From contig CAWHXP010000007.1 of the NCBI GenBank assembly GCA_963833425.1, positions 128,001 through 192,000 on the forward strand: a stretch of 64,000 bases of DNA, in the 5' to 3' direction. The stretch's first letter is position 1, and the number at the start of each line of letters is the position of its first letter. The position numbers and the translations under genes were made by a program. The notes under the pieces were generated by a model. The model was not told the origin of the DNA. It made no database searches and worked only from the letters and a program-made list of their open reading frames with translations. The DNA comes from an uncultured Methanosarcinaceae archaeon. Its GTDB lineage: Archaea > Halobacteriota > Methanosarcinia > Methanosarcinales > Methanosarcinaceae. Positions 1 to 11,998 of this stretch are shown here, piece by piece.

Positions 1-1676
1 ATTCAACTATTTCATTTTGAAGATCTTTTTTATGAATAAAATTGCCTGCTAAGCCATACGGGCCTGTCTGCATTTTGAAAGCAATTTGCATAAGTAATTC
101 TTTTTTATCATCTTCATTAATGGAATCCATTTCTATACCTTTATACTTTAAGTGTTTGTTAACTCTAATCTTTAACAAGCACGTCAGTTACATGTTCAAA
201 ATGGTTCCAATGCTCTTTTGGAAGTTCTTGATTTCTGCCTATAATAGCAAGAATGGTAAGAGAAGGAGATTTCCTGAAAGTTGTTTGATGGAAAAAGAGT
301 CTTCAAGCGCCTTTATTATGCGGTTTTTCTCAATTCTCATCTTTTTCATCAACTACAAGACGGTACCATTTGTCAAAAAAATTAGTAATTTGCTCTTTTT
401 CAAAATCTTGAAGTGTAAAATGAATGAAACAGGCATATTCAAGGATCTTACGCTTATATCTCACTATTCTAGAAGTAACAATTATACTAACTTCTGGAAA
501 ATCAATAGCAAATCCTACAATCATACGCTTAATTTTTGTCCACTTCTCCTGATCAAAAATCTAGTTAAGCCATAAAAAATTCGAAGGGCTTTCCCATTAT
601 TTCTTAGATAATTTACGATGTCTCTCTTTTTTAGTCGATAACCTTGTATTTCTGCTAGCTATTGGAAATAATCAAGAAAAGTTTTACACTTATTCTCAGA
701 ACATAATCCAGCGAACTCACTCAATTCGATTAAAAAAGTTAGATATGCATTAAACCACTTGTTGAGTTTTTCATCCTCATGCTCATTAGCATGTAGTAAA
801 AAAAGCAATTATCTTGTAAGTGTGATTTTTCCTGATCCTGGATCGCAAGAATGACTACGTATTTATTTTTCCAATCGCAAATAGCATCTATAACAGCTTT
901 TGGTTCTTTTGAATAATAGGTTTCTTTTGCAATCTTAAGTTCTTCTAGTGTAATTCCTTCGGGCAGTCATTCTTTTTCAGAGTCCCATTCTTCATGAATT
1001 TTTCTCCATACGTCCTTAGGAAGTTCAAGAAGAGGGAGATTTTCCCTTAAATTTTGTTCGACAAATACATCGCCAAGTTGGATCTTCAGATAAATTTCTT
1101 CAACATGTGGCGTCAGACAGCCAAAATCAAGATTGCAGTATTTTTTAATGATGCTTCAGCGTACTGCATGATATCAACTCCGGTTATTTTTCCATCTCCT
1201 AGAATTGACTTTCCACTCCTTTTCCCCCAATTATAAACAGGACTGTTTACTTCCTTGGAGAGCTCGTCGGATGATTAAAAAATTTAACAATATGCTTTTT
1301 TGATAACTCTTTTCTTAGCTATTCAAGTTTAAAGGAGTCTTCTCCTTTATAGACAAATTTCACCTGCCACAAGGCGTCATCATGAAGCAAGAATATCAAA
1401 CAATCAATTCTACATTCAATAGCTTTTCTGCATTCGAGTTCTGTGATTGATTTCTTGTATCTAGAAGGTTTATAACCATATTTCAAAGCAAAAATACCTA
1501 TATAAAGATCTGAAGAAGCAACTGCTTCTGGGCACTTATTAAGTGATCTTTTATCTCCGCAACAAAATATTCATAGCTACATCTTCATGACCTATCTACT
1601 TTAGTGCAAGACTGACGTTCTTGCGGTGTTCTTCAAGATCCTTAATTGTAGAAGATACAAATATACGAGCCATCAT
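1..1676 (-). pseudogene. DUF4062 domain + NACHT-type P-loop NTPase (STAND), fragmented; runs off the window start
   Basis: Minus strand from ATG 1676 (RBS GGTGA) reads MMARIFVSSTIKDLEEHRKNVSLALK*IGHEDVAM...SDLYIGIFALKYGY...SITELECRKA, the DUF4062 pattern. A frameshifted Walker A, VVIL-DPGSGK, lies at ~860-825. ORF 330-524 (IIVTSRIVRY...FTLQDFEKEQITNFFDKWY) is NACHT-like. Many stops and frameshifts. Confidence 0.8.
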
Positions 1677-1755
1677 ATTCACCAAAAATCTGCTGATCAT
1701 CCAAAAATCATGACAATAAGAGTAATTAAATCTTTTTGATTGATTTGATCATTTT

Positions 1756-1871
1756 AGGACTTATAGAGTTGAACTGAGAATCATTAGCATTTGGTCTTTA
1801 ACTGCCTAAAATACAAATTTAAACAATAATTTTTATTGTAGTTGATTTCTTACTGTAAATGCGTAAATCCG
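1756..1871. mobile_element. MITE-like element (GGACTTA-type terminal inverted repeats)
   Basis: Left end AGGACTTATAGAGTTGAACTGA, right end AATGCGTAAATCCG. Interior resembles the copy at 13720-13818. Confidence 0.5.
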
Positions 1872-3212
1872 AATTATAATAATATCGCTATACCATTTAG
1901 AATTAATAATCAGAGTCTTTGAGTGTATGATACTGTTTGCGGCGAAAATTCACCAAGGAGACTTATAACTTAAATTTTATCCGTTAACGTGTTGATAGTG
2001 AAAATGAAACATAGTTAACTGCATAAAAGGATGTTGATAGTTAATTATTCTGATAAAATTTCTTTTGTTATTGTTTTCACAGGTGCATAGATTGAAGAGA
2101 ACTATGAAAATATTTTCAATAATTCAGCTGAAATTAGTGCTTTCGATGAAAACTAGAACGAACATAAGGTTTGCCTGAACAAAATTTTCCACAACCAAAT
2201 GAAAAGTATCACAAATAGTAATAAATCCGAGAGAGTCGTCTGTTAATGAGGTTCTCTGAGGAAAGGTAGAGTCCTCATTATCGGGTTCAGAAAAGCAAAA
2301 TTCCTACATTTTTCATGCATGCAGATTAAAGGCGACCTAAATTTGTAGAATCCGAAAAAAAGAATATACAGAAAACCTTGACTTATTTTAAAGAAGAGCT
2401 TTTATGGAGTATCTTTATTTTCTACGGATGTTAATCGATGTAATGCAAAGTACAAATGCTGAAAATACGATGTTTGTTTTATTAAGATTTCATAGTACGA
2501 TAAAACCATGATATGTATAAGTATAATTCCAAGGTCTTGGCTAGGATTTTCACTACAGAAAGCTTGTTTCCAACAGCTTCCGCTATAAGTGGAAACAAAC
2601 CTAGCGTTTAAATATAAATAAAATATAGAAGTATGCGGAGCTGATATTTACATCTCTTTTCACTGAAAATGGATTTTCCAAAGTTCGCTTTATTAAATCT
2701 ATTCTTCGAAGTGCACCTTTTGTAACTATTTGCACGGAAATCATAAATGTTTAATTCACGTCGAAAAAAATTAACACGTTATAATGCTATTATGGTTTAA
2801 GATTCTGAACCAATTTAATTTATTTCTTAAGTTTTTATTTTTTTGACAGAAGGGCGGTTAAAAATGTATATTGTGCATGGATTTGAATTTAATTCGCATG
2901 AAAAAACTGCTTTCTTTCCATATTTTTTGTATTTTTAATTATTCAGCCTGCAAAAATCAGTTGGTTTATATCGATTTTGACGTAATAGGCATTTCGGATT
3001 GAAAACTGGTGGGGAAATGAAAAATATGCTCAATAGTCAACAGGCAGAGAAAATGGGCTTACTGGAATTTGCTATGTGAATTTTAATAAAGATCACTGAC
3101 AAAGTTTTTTTCCATGTTTTAATAGTTACCTTTATTTTTTGATTTACTTTTAGGTTGTTCTTTCTAGGATCTTATTGTAGCTTAAAATAGGTCCTCGAGA
3201 ATACTAACATAT

Positions 3213-4643
3213 ATGAAAATGCAGATTAACGGAAAAGCCGTAGATTCTTTAAATGGCGAGTCTTTTGATATTTTAAATCCAGCAACTGGTGAAGTTATCG
3301 ACCAAGTTCCTAGGGGCACTAGCGACGATGTGGCTGAAGCTGTCGAAGCTGCATCGTCAGCTTTTGACAGTTGGACTTCAGTCTCTTCTCAGCAGAGAGT
3401 TGGAGTCCTTTACAGAGCTGCTGGAATTGCAAGACAGAAAAGAGATGAACTTGCTATTCTGCTTACTAAAGAACAGGGAAAACCTATTGCAGAAGCTAAG
3501 AGTGAAATCGAGGGTTTTGCAAGCGTCCTCGAATATCATTGTGGCCTTGCACACAGTCTGCGAGGGGATTTCATTCGGGTTCCTCAAAATGGATATGCCT
3601 TTACAGTAAAGAAAGCCCTGGGTGTCTGTGCTGCCATAATTCCTTGGAACATGCCTGCTCTAATTATGGCCTGGAAAGTGGGCCCTGCTATTATTTCTGG
3701 GAATACGCTTGTACTGAAACCTTCAAGCAACACCCCTCTTACAAACCTTTCTCTTGCTTCTGTCCTTAGAGAAGCAGGTCTGCCTGATGGTGTTCTTAAT
3801 GTAATTACGGGTTCTGGAGAATTTGTGGGAGAACCTCTGGTTAAAAACCATAAAGTAAAGAAAGTTTCTTTTACTGGGGATGCAGCTACTGGGAAACGTG
3901 TAGCTGAACTTGCAGTCAGTGGAATAAAGAGAGCAACTTTGGAGCTAGGAGGAAGCGATCCAATGGTGGTCTGTAATGACGCAGATATTGAAAGCGCAGT
4001 TATTGGAGCCCTTAGAGGGAGATTTTACAATTGTGGTCAGATTTGCACTTCTGTCAAGAGGCTATATGTTTTTGAATCCGTAGCCGAAGAATTTATAAGA
4101 AAGTTTGAAACTGCTATCAAAAAATTGAGGATCGGAAATGGGATGTCTAATAATGTCGATATGGGCCCCCTCAACAACCAAGGGCAATGGGAATATATGA
4201 AAGATCTTGTAGCAGAAATTGAAGAAAAGGATGAGGGTAGAATCGTTACAGGAGGTCAGGTTGTAGCAAATAACGCCTTAAGCAGGGGGTATTTTTTTGA
4301 GCCAACTCTTGTTTTGGATGTTCCCAGGAAATCCAGAATTTTAACGGAAGAAGTATTTGGTCCTGTGTTGCCTCTAGTCAGAGTCAAGGATCTTGATGAG
4401 GCAATTGAAGAAGCAAATAATACTAGTTATGGCCTTGGGGCATCTATTTGGACCACTAATTTAGACAAGGCTCGTTTAGGGTGTGAGCAATTGAATGCAG
4501 GAATTGTATGGATAAATCAGCATCTTAAGGTAGCTCCGGAGGTACCTTTCGGGGGGATTAAAAAAAGTGGAATAGGAAACGAGAACGGACCTTATGCTCT
4601 TTCTGAATACTTGAATCTAAAAACTATAATGATAAAAACTTGA
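3213..4643 (+). CDS. NAD(P)-dependent aldehyde dehydrogenase
   Basis: Intact 476-aa ORF with IIPWN, LKPS, SFTG, catalytic ELGG and NCGQIC, EEVFGPV and PFGG motifs. Confidence 0.95.
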   Translation: MKMQINGKAVDSLNGESFDILNPATGEVIDQVPRGTSDDVAEAVEAASSAFDSWTSVSSQQRVGVLYRAAGIARQKRDELAILLTKEQGKPIAEAKSEIEGFASVLEYHCGLAHSLRGDFIRVPQNGYAFTVKKALGVCAAIIPWNMPALIMAWKVGPAIISGNTLVLKPSSNTPLTNLSLASVLREAGLPDGVLNVITGSGEFVGEPLVKNHKVKKVSFTGDAATGKRVAELAVSGIKRATLELGGSDPMVVCNDADIESAVIGALRGRFYNCGQICTSVKRLYVFESVAEEFIRKFETAIKKLRIGNGMSNNVDMGPLNNQGQWEYMKDLVAEIEEKDEGRIVTGGQVVANNALSRGYFFEPTLVLDVPRKSRILTEEVFGPVLPLVRVKDLDEAIEEANNTSYGLGASIWTTNLDKARLGCEQLNAGIVWINQHLKVAPEVPFGGIKKSGIGNENGPYALSEYLNLKTIMIKT

Positions 4644-4713
4644 ATACACTTCCCAAAGACAAAATTTTATCTAATGTTCAATTTTGTGAACCATAATATA
4701 AGTATTTATTTTT

Positions 4714-4739
4714 GATGAGCCAGCTAATTATGGCTCATC
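4714..4739. terminator. Hairpin between convergent ALDH and DUF3303 genes
   Basis: GATGAGCCA-8 nt-TGGCTCATC perfect 9-bp inverted repeat with T-rich flanks. Confidence 0.5.
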
Positions 4740-4779
4740 GATTCGTCTTTTAAAAAATAATTTAAAAAAACTGCGGAGC

Positions 4780-5049
4780 TTAATTTTTATATTTTGGTAG
4801 AAGCTGCATAAATTCGGAAGCCTCCATAACGGGCACACTGTCAATTATGCAGATATCTGACCATGGAAGGTTGAAAGCTCCATATGCTTCAGCGGTTTCT
4901 GCTTCGTAAAGGATATAATAACGGTTTCCTGAAAGGTCAACCCACTGGTTAATGATATCGATTCCTTCTGGAACCTTCATTTTCCTAAAATGTTCAAGAA
5001 TCTTATCGCGGTTCGAAGGGTCCCAGGTACTTACATCCATGAATAACAT
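4780..5049 (-). CDS. DUF3303-family small protein
   Basis: 89 aa, MLFMDVSTWDP...PEGIDIINQWVDLSGNRYYILYEAE...PWSD...VPVME; RBS GAGAGGG upstream. Confidence 0.8.
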   Translation of the reverse strand: MLFMDVSTWDPSNRDKILEHFRKMKVPEGIDIINQWVDLSGNRYYILYEAETAEAYGAFNLPWSDICIIDSVPVMEASEFMQLLPKYKN

Positions 5050-6657
5050 CTTTTATCCCTCTCTATTTTATCGCTGTTCATTAAACTTCCCCGGAAGCTC
5101 GCTGTTTTTTATAGCAGCCGGGATTCTTCTTAAAAGCTCGACTTAATAAGAAATAATATGCTATGTGGCAGGAGTTCTGACATGCAAGCTCTCAAGATGC
5201 TGATTGAAGGCAAAAATTCAGATTTTTTAATCGGCTTGTCTTACATTATCTATCCTTGTCAAAATCTCAATTAATGACAAATTTGGAAAGACAGTTAGTA
5301 ATGCAGAATTCCTTCTGATTTACAGACATTACATTAATATCCCTTAGACTATATAATAGTTCGTCTTAAAAGATTGTATTGAGTCTAATGACCTTTCTTC
5401 CATACAAAATATTGTAATGAAAACCCAAGAAAAAGCTCCCTACGAATAACCAATGTTATTGCAATTATCACTTTTTTAATGAGAGAGTTTGTAAATTCGA
5501 ATCCTTCTTTAATAAAGCCATTTATATTTCTTTTTGGACAGTCGGTCGAAGAGAACATTCGTGCAAGGTAAAGCCAGAAGAGCTAGCAAACTACATAACC
5601 TTCCCAATATGTTCCTACTCCTATTATACAAATGATACATTTATGCGTAAAAGATTTGCCCAGTGAAATTGGTACTTGAGAACACAGGAAACAACTTCCA
5701 ATACCCTTAGATAGAAATCCAGATTTTTTCTTCTTGCATTCAGAGAAATCTGTTCTGTTCTAGAGATAAGAAATTGTGTAAATAATGTGTTTTCTATAAT
5801 AAAAAGGTGGATAATTAATTTGTTCAATAACAGCTCCAAAAGGCATATCAGCTTTTGTGCTCAGCCACTGATTTCCATTTATTATGAGGCTCTTATTAAG
5901 ACCTACGAGGGAACATGAAATCCTATTACAATGGATTTTAGGAGTTCTTGGATGTTCTAAGATTTCCCTTTGTGAGTTTATTCAGTAACTTGGACCCAAC
6001 AGTTAAAGTCATAGAATCAATGTTAAAAAGTACCCGTCGATTATTACTCACGCTATCTTATTGTCGTCGCTCACGATCTATATCATTCTTTATTCGCCAC
6101 ACTACGCAGTTATTTAGCTTGATAGATCTTCTACAGGGAATTGAACCTTTTTCTCAAATATCATAATTTTTAGGTTATTTGAATTTAAATATATAAATAC
6201 CAACTCCACGAATTATATCCTAGTTTACTCCTTGGTTAACAGCTTTTTCCAGACTATTTTCCCCGTATCGCGTAAGGTTGCTGAAAAAGCAACTAAATTC
6301 GTGGAGTACTTGTGTTAATGACTTTGAGAGAATTGTTTATTCTGAAAGTGATGCTTAGGCTTAGAATCAGTTGATTGTTTGTCCAAAGTCCAGCAGTGGC
6401 AGTCCAATATTATCAAGTAGTGCGATTTTTTTTCATTGCGTGTCAAATTATAGGCTAGATAATCATCAAAGATTTTGTCGGTAGAATGTATGGAGTGACA
6501 CGTATGCATATAGGCTACAATACGTAGTAAATCAAGCTTGGTTATTTTCCATCAGAGAATCTACTTTTTATTGTAGTTTCCTGTAAGTTGAAAGCTTGAT
6601 ATTTAAAACATAGAGAAACTGCATAAATACTTTGAAATAAAGGACTCACATTAATTC

Positions 6658-6765
6658 AGGACTACGTACTTGAGTATACAAATAAGTATAATTATACACA
6701 GTGGTTTAATTTTTCATTTAAGACAGTTAAGAGTTTTCTATTTCCAATTCAACTTCTTAAGTCCT
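6658..6765. mobile_element. MITE-like element
   Basis: AGGACTACGTACTTGAG ... TTCAACTTCTTAAGTCCT imperfect terminal inverted repeats, non-coding interior. Confidence 0.5.
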
Positions 6766-6895
6766 AGATAATATCGGTTGAAAAATTTCTAAAGATATCC
6801 GAGCTTAACGCTCTAGTAGTCAACTCTCATCCAATTTTTTAGCACATTTTAGGCTTTTTTAAAGATTGCTCATCAAAAATTAAAGTAGCAGAATC

Positions 6896-7468
6896 CTAAT
6901 TGAGATCTCTGAGAATTTCATCCGTTTTCCGTACCATGCCAATTCTTTTGAATATGAAATTCACTGCAGCATTGTGCTGTTCCTCAGATCTTGAGGCCAT
7001 AGCGTCCTCGACAAAAATCTGACGAAATCCGTACTCGTAGGCAAACCTCGCTGTGCTCTCAACGCCAAAATCTGTTGCAATTCCACAAAGCACGATCGTC
7101 TTAATCCCACGTCTCCGTAGCTGGAGTTCGAGATCGGTTCCATAAAATGCTCCCCATTGCTTTTTAGTGATAACGATATCACTTGAAGTTGGAGCAATTT
7201 CAGGTACAAATTCAGACCAATCCGGAGAGGGGATTGTACGATGGGAGAATGATTCATCGCTTTCAGGGTTTAGAATCGTTGCTTTTGTTATTATTACATG
7301 AACAAGGAATACCGGCATCATGTTTTTTCTGAATGTGTTCACTAGTTTTGCTGCATTATTTATAACATCTTCTGCAGAATAGGGCTTAGTAGGCTGCGCA
7401 GTTATCCCTTTCTGCAGATCTATGACCACAAGGGCTGTTTTAGTTTTATCAATGACTACTTCCTGCAG
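6896..7468 (-). CDS. Isochorismatase-family cysteine hydrolase; apparent CTG start
   Basis: TALVVIDLQKG, ITKKQWGAFYGTDL and GIATDFGVESTAR motifs. The frame extends upstream of the called GTG (7429) to CTG at 7468, just after a GGTGAT RBS. No in-frame ATG. Confidence 0.85.
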   Translation of the reverse strand: MQEVVIDKTKTALVVIDLQKGITAQPTKPYSAEDVINNAAKLVNTFRKNMMPVFLVHVIITKATILNPESDESFSHRTIPSPDWSEFVPEIAPTSSDIVITKKQWGAFYGTDLELQLRRRGIKTIVLCGIATDFGVESTARFAYEYGFRQIFVEDAMASRSEEQHNAAVNFIFKRIGMVRKTDEILRDLN

Positions 7469-8534
7469 ATCATCACCAATTGCATTAACATCAGATTATA
7501 TTTAATCACTCTGGTTATAGGTGATGTATCGTTGATTAGAGAAGATAGTCGTTATGATTGCGTTCTGATAGCTTGTGATTGTTTTGGAACCATTTTATAA
7601 TAAAAAATTTGATGGAGAGACCTATACCATAGGGAGAAAAGTACCTCGCCTTTTTTGAAGTAGATGATTATGTTGAATTACCGGAGATTGCCAAATTTCC
7701 AATATGGTTTAGATATAGACTATTTTGGAGTTTCTCTTCTTCAAATTCATACTTTTCCTTTTTTAAGTTGTTTAAGATGCTATTTAGATTTCTTTAATGT
7801 CATTCAGTCTACCTATATACTAAATTTTTGACTTAGTGTTTATAATTGATTCACAATTTCTTCAGATATTTATCCAAGTGGAAATCCATGTAGGTTACCC
7901 ACGAAAATGATCTGCAGCAGTAAATTTAGTCCTCAAATACCGATTTTTTTGATTATTTATGCTAGTCTCACAATATTTTTTTCTTTTATCAGCTAGTGAT
8001 CTTTTATAAGTTATGCGTTCCCATATTTTGTGTAATGATTTAGTAAACAAATTGCTTTCATTGGAAGAAAGGAATTAAAATGGTGCTATTAACTTATTCG
8101 TCGATTTGTTTCTCAAAATGAATTAGTTAATCGGTGTTCGAATATTCCGAATAAAAGATGAAATATAACTGGGGTTTTTTTGAAATCATATATATATACA
8201 TATATATTGGAATATATATAAGAAACCTCCGCATAAAAGATAATTCATTCAAAAAACTATCCAAAAGGGAGTCTGAAGTGAAAAAATACATGGCAATTTT
8301 GAGGATACAGTAATATTTGATGTAAGAAAAATAAGAAAAAAGAGTTTGAAAACTTGCTCAGGAATGAACTTGGTTACATATCAACCACTGATCCTTATGG
8401 AATTACAAAACAATATTTGAAATAAAAATTAATTTGGAGAATTTTTAAAAAATAACTTTCAAGTTAGGTCAAGGATTTAAGAGCTAATTTGAGATCTTTA
8501 ATATTTCTCGTTTTTTAGGAAAAACGGAATGCTA

Positions 8535-8800
8535 AATTCTGTAATCACTACTCTTGTACTCTGCCCATTCCCTAATCCTGTGAAAGCTTTTAAGGAAATT
8601 AAACGCATTCTGAAATCTTCAGGTGAGGTTAATACCTCTAAAGCACATTTTCTGTAGCAACCCCTTATTTCCTTGTTTTAAAAGATTAATTGATTCAGTT
8701 CTTTTTTCCTTTTTGTGATCCTACGAAGCTAGTATAGTTAAGAACATAGAATAAGTTGACTCCACCATTCAGGGAGCAAAAAAATTGGCTTTTAAGGAAG
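8535..8800 (+). pseudogene. Class I SAM-dependent methyltransferase C-terminal remnant
   Basis: Reads NSVITTLVLCPFPNPVKAFKEIKRILKSSGE, matching the 'TLVLCSVPDPxxALxEIxRVLKPGG' pattern. No 5' part, frameshifted afterwards. Confidence 0.6.
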
Positions 8801-8873
8801 CTTTCTCGAAAATACGATAGAAAACCCAAAGGTTTAATTCATGAATTCTTTAGTTTTGAAATTTTTTTAGAAT

Positions 8874-8990
8874 AGGAGTTATGCAGTTGAGGTGTAAAAA
8901 TCAAGGACATTAGATTTTGAGATTTAAACTTAGATCTTAGAAATAAAAGGTTTAATAATATTGATTTTTCAGTTTAACTGCAAAAGCCCT
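8874..8990. mobile_element. MITE-like element
   Basis: AGGAGTTATGCAGTTGA ... TTAACTGCAAAAGCCCT terminal inverted repeats, 117 bp. Confidence 0.6.
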
Positions 8991-9082
8991 ATATTGTTTA
9001 TCTCCAAACGGCTATTTAATTTTTGGCGGATCTATATACAGTTCCTGCCAAATTTGGGTAGCATTCAATTGTTTTGTCAGCC

Positions 9083-9304
9083 TTAAACGCAGAATTCCTC
9101 TCCAAGAGTAGTATCAATACACTCACGACACATCATTCTAGGAAGATCTTTCTTTAGCGTCAAATGGGCTAGCGGATATCCTCCCTTCATCGGCAACTCC
9201 ACCTGCTTTATGTGTTCCATGCAGAGGCCTTTTCCACAGACGATGCAAATACCAACTGCTTCATTGACTTTATTCTCTTCAGAGCAATCATAGCATCTTA
9301 GCAT
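9083..9304 (-). CDS. DUF2180-family Cys-rich (zinc-finger-like) protein
   Basis: CYDC...AVGICIVCGKGLCMEH...MCREC; RBS GAGGTGA. Confidence 0.8.
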   Translation of the reverse strand: MLRCYDCSEENKVNEAVGICIVCGKGLCMEHIKQVELPMKGGYPLAHLTLKKDLPRMMCRECIDTTLGEEFCV

Positions 9305-9315
9305 TCTTGGTCACC

Positions 9316-9546
9316 TCAACAAACCTCATTAAATAAGCAGTTCTCTTTCAGGGATACATGACAAGGCAGGCAAACAATTCTTTTGATATGCTCAAGGTCG
9401 GGCTTCAGCTCGATCGGATAATTTCCTTCCCATACAGGGATTTCTTCATGTATAAGGTGTTCCGTACAAACTCCTCGCCCACATACTATACAAATTCCAA
9501 TAGCGTCTATGTCTTTGCCTTCTCTGGCGCATTCGTAGCATTTCAT
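9316..9546 (-). CDS. DUF2180-family Cys-rich protein (tandem paralog)
   Basis: MKCYEC...AIGICIVCGRGVCTEH...VCLPC; RBS GGAGG. Confidence 0.8.
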   Translation of the reverse strand: MKCYECAREGKDIDAIGICIVCGRGVCTEHLIHEEIPVWEGNYPIELKPDLEHIKRIVCLPCHVSLKENCLFNEVC

Positions 9547-10339
9547 CGGTTTTCCTCCAAATCATGAGACTTGTTTCTTTCTCCGAACATCTCTACGTCT
9601 AAAAGTAATGCGAGTATAACTAAATAGATTTTGGCCGATATTTTCATGGCTACTATAAGAGTCGTCTCTTTTCCACAACAAAAAAGAATTTTGCCTACTA
9701 CTTATATACAATAACCGTATTGCAGCAGACCTCATAGCTGTTTTTTCACTTTTAGCATATATAACAATTGCTAGCTTATCTCTTTTAGTTGAATTGAAAG
9801 CTTTTAAGCAGTTTATAATTAATTCTCCTGCTCGTAATTTCATTTGCAGTTTTTGTCAAATAGAACTTGAAAACTCAAAGCATAAAAATAAGTGGAATAG
9901 GCTTTACAGTTAAGAATATATTTTTTCAATTAAAGGCTAACATTATTGATTTCTCAGTTAAATAGTGTAATATTCGTCACTTCTCTATAAATTCCACTGT
10001 CCTGAATTCAACTCAATTACGGGAACATTTAGGCTTACCAATTTTTATGTCATAAATAATAAAAATTCTTTAGAAGCCGTCTATAGGCCGGAAAGCGTCT
10101 GTCCATTTTCTGCGATGTCTGTAACACTATCGCAGGATGCTTTCATACCGTTTGGTTCGAGCGTATCAGTTTAATTTTGCTTGTCGTATGTCACAACCCG
10201 TACAATAGTTCGACATATATTTCTTTATGGAATTTTTTACCCTAACAGTTGACTCAAATTAGACTTTCAGGCTTCTCCACATTGTCTTGCGAGCTTAGCA
10301 CATCTGCATGAATACTGATGCGCCTCATAATAGTAGGGT

Positions 10340-10665
10340 TATTTCAATATCAATAGACGCAAGTAAAAAGGTAATATTGGGATGGAAAATTAGTCAAAAA
10401 CAGGCCATGAAATCAAAAATGCAGATGCTCTTATAAGGCAATCAAATGAGACGAATGTCTGATTTTTATGTAATGGATCGGAAATACGATTCAGAAAAAA
10501 TATATTTTATAATTAGAGAAGAAATCAAAGAAGATTCAATTATACCTGTAAGAAAGAAAAAAGGAAGAAAATAACAGGAAAATATAGAAACAATTAAACC
10601 TTGTCTTTGACAAAACAAATAAAATCAAAGAAATATTGTGGAGACAATATTTTCTATAGTTAGGA
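10340..10665 (+). mobile_element. IS5-family transposase remnant (DDE core)
   Basis: Stitched frames read ISID..KVILGWKISQ..HEIKNADALIRQ..FYVMDRKYDSEKIYFIIREEIKEDSIIPVRK..QRNIVETIFSIV, containing degenerate D(K)GYD and R..VE motifs. Confidence 0.7.
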
Positions 10666-11403
10666 GTAATTAGAAGAGATACTAAGGGCAAGGAAATTCC
10701 GTTATCAAGTAAAAGGGTTCTGTTGCAAAAAATCCTAATATTGAAGTAAAACTTTAGTTTCACAGCAAAGAACATGATACAGCAGCAGCTTTCAATTCCT
10801 CTGGCATTGGCAAAATACAACATATCCCTACCAAAAGTTGTCGACTTAGTTGTCGATCAAATCCTGAGCAAGCTTTTCGATTGATTCCTTAGTCTCACCC
10901 TAAATTCAATCCTATACACCTTTGTCCCGTGACATACTGAAACTGCCGATGGCTCAATCCCTAATTTGCCGAAATTGCCTGTGAATGCCCTCTATTTAAA
11001 GTTTTATCTTAATACTGCCTTTTTGCTGGGATAAGATCCCATGTAGCTTTTTGACACAGACTTTCCATAATCATCAAGCATTATATTCACAATCTGAATT
11101 TGTATATTGTATATAAATATATTATTATTAGTGCGAAAAATTGCAGTAAGGTATTGATCTACGAATTGATTATTTCTATAAAAACCGCAAGTTTTTAAAA
11201 ATTTACCTATTTTTTCCAAATGCATTTCACGATACCACTTAAATAGTCACACTCTTTAAGATCGTTAATAGAAACTAAGGTAAGGTTTGAAGGTTCAGAA
11301 TATGACTATTTACATGACCAACTCGCACAACTCGTTAAGAAAAAAAGTATCTGAGGAAAACCTCAAGACTTCAATAGAAAAAACAAGAAATAAGACTGAA
11401 AAG

Positions 11404-11997
11404 GTTGTAGGTGTCGGGAAAATAATAATTGCAGATTTTGATATAGTAGATTCCAGCAATCTTAATAGACAATTTCTCCACTATGAACGAGACGTTGGAA
11501 GCAACAAGGTAAAATCTGCCAAGAAAAAACTTATGTCCATGAATCCGGAAATAAAAGTGGAGACGATCAAGGAAAAAATAACCAATGAAAATGTAGACTC
11601 ATTAGTTCCTCCTTGCGACCTGATCATAGATGCACTGGATAATTTTGATACGAGGCATGTTTTGAATAAGCTTGCAGTTGAACGAAAAATACCCTTTATC
11701 CACGGCGCAGTTTCAGGGTACAGAGACAAAGTGACAACAGTAATTCCAGGAAAAACTCCATGTCTTTGCTGTATATTCCCTAGCTCATTTAAAAAAGAAG
11801 TATTTCCGGTACTTGGAACAACCCCAGGGGTAATTGGCACAATTCAGGCAAATGAAGCAATTAAATATATCACAGGGCAGGGAAGGCTTCTGGAAAATCG
11901 TCTCTTGTTATGGGACGGTTTTTCAAGCTCTTTTAGCGAACTAAATATTAATAAAACCGAAAATTGTCCAGTATGTGGAATTACTAATAGAAAATGA
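11404..11997 (+). pseudogene. ThiF/MoeB/HesA family E1-like adenylyltransferase, 5'-truncated
   Basis: GVGKIIIADFDIVDSSNLNRQFLH, DALDNFDTR, PCLCC and CPVCG motifs. The N-terminal GxGGxG nucleotide-binding segment is absent and replaced by unrelated sequence (ORF 11287-11403). Confidence 0.75.
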
Positions 11998-11998
11998 A

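Noticed and set aside
42..575. 177-aa plus-strand ORF and many other 60-130-aa ORFs in the track
   Set aside because: Antisense or alternate-frame shadows of real genes and pseudogenes, or low-complexity AT-rich ORFs without RBS or motifs.
10740..11000. Minus-strand fragment GKLGIEP..KVYRIEF..GETKESIEKLAQDLIDN, vaguely PurS-like
   Set aside because: Too short and degraded to assign by eye.
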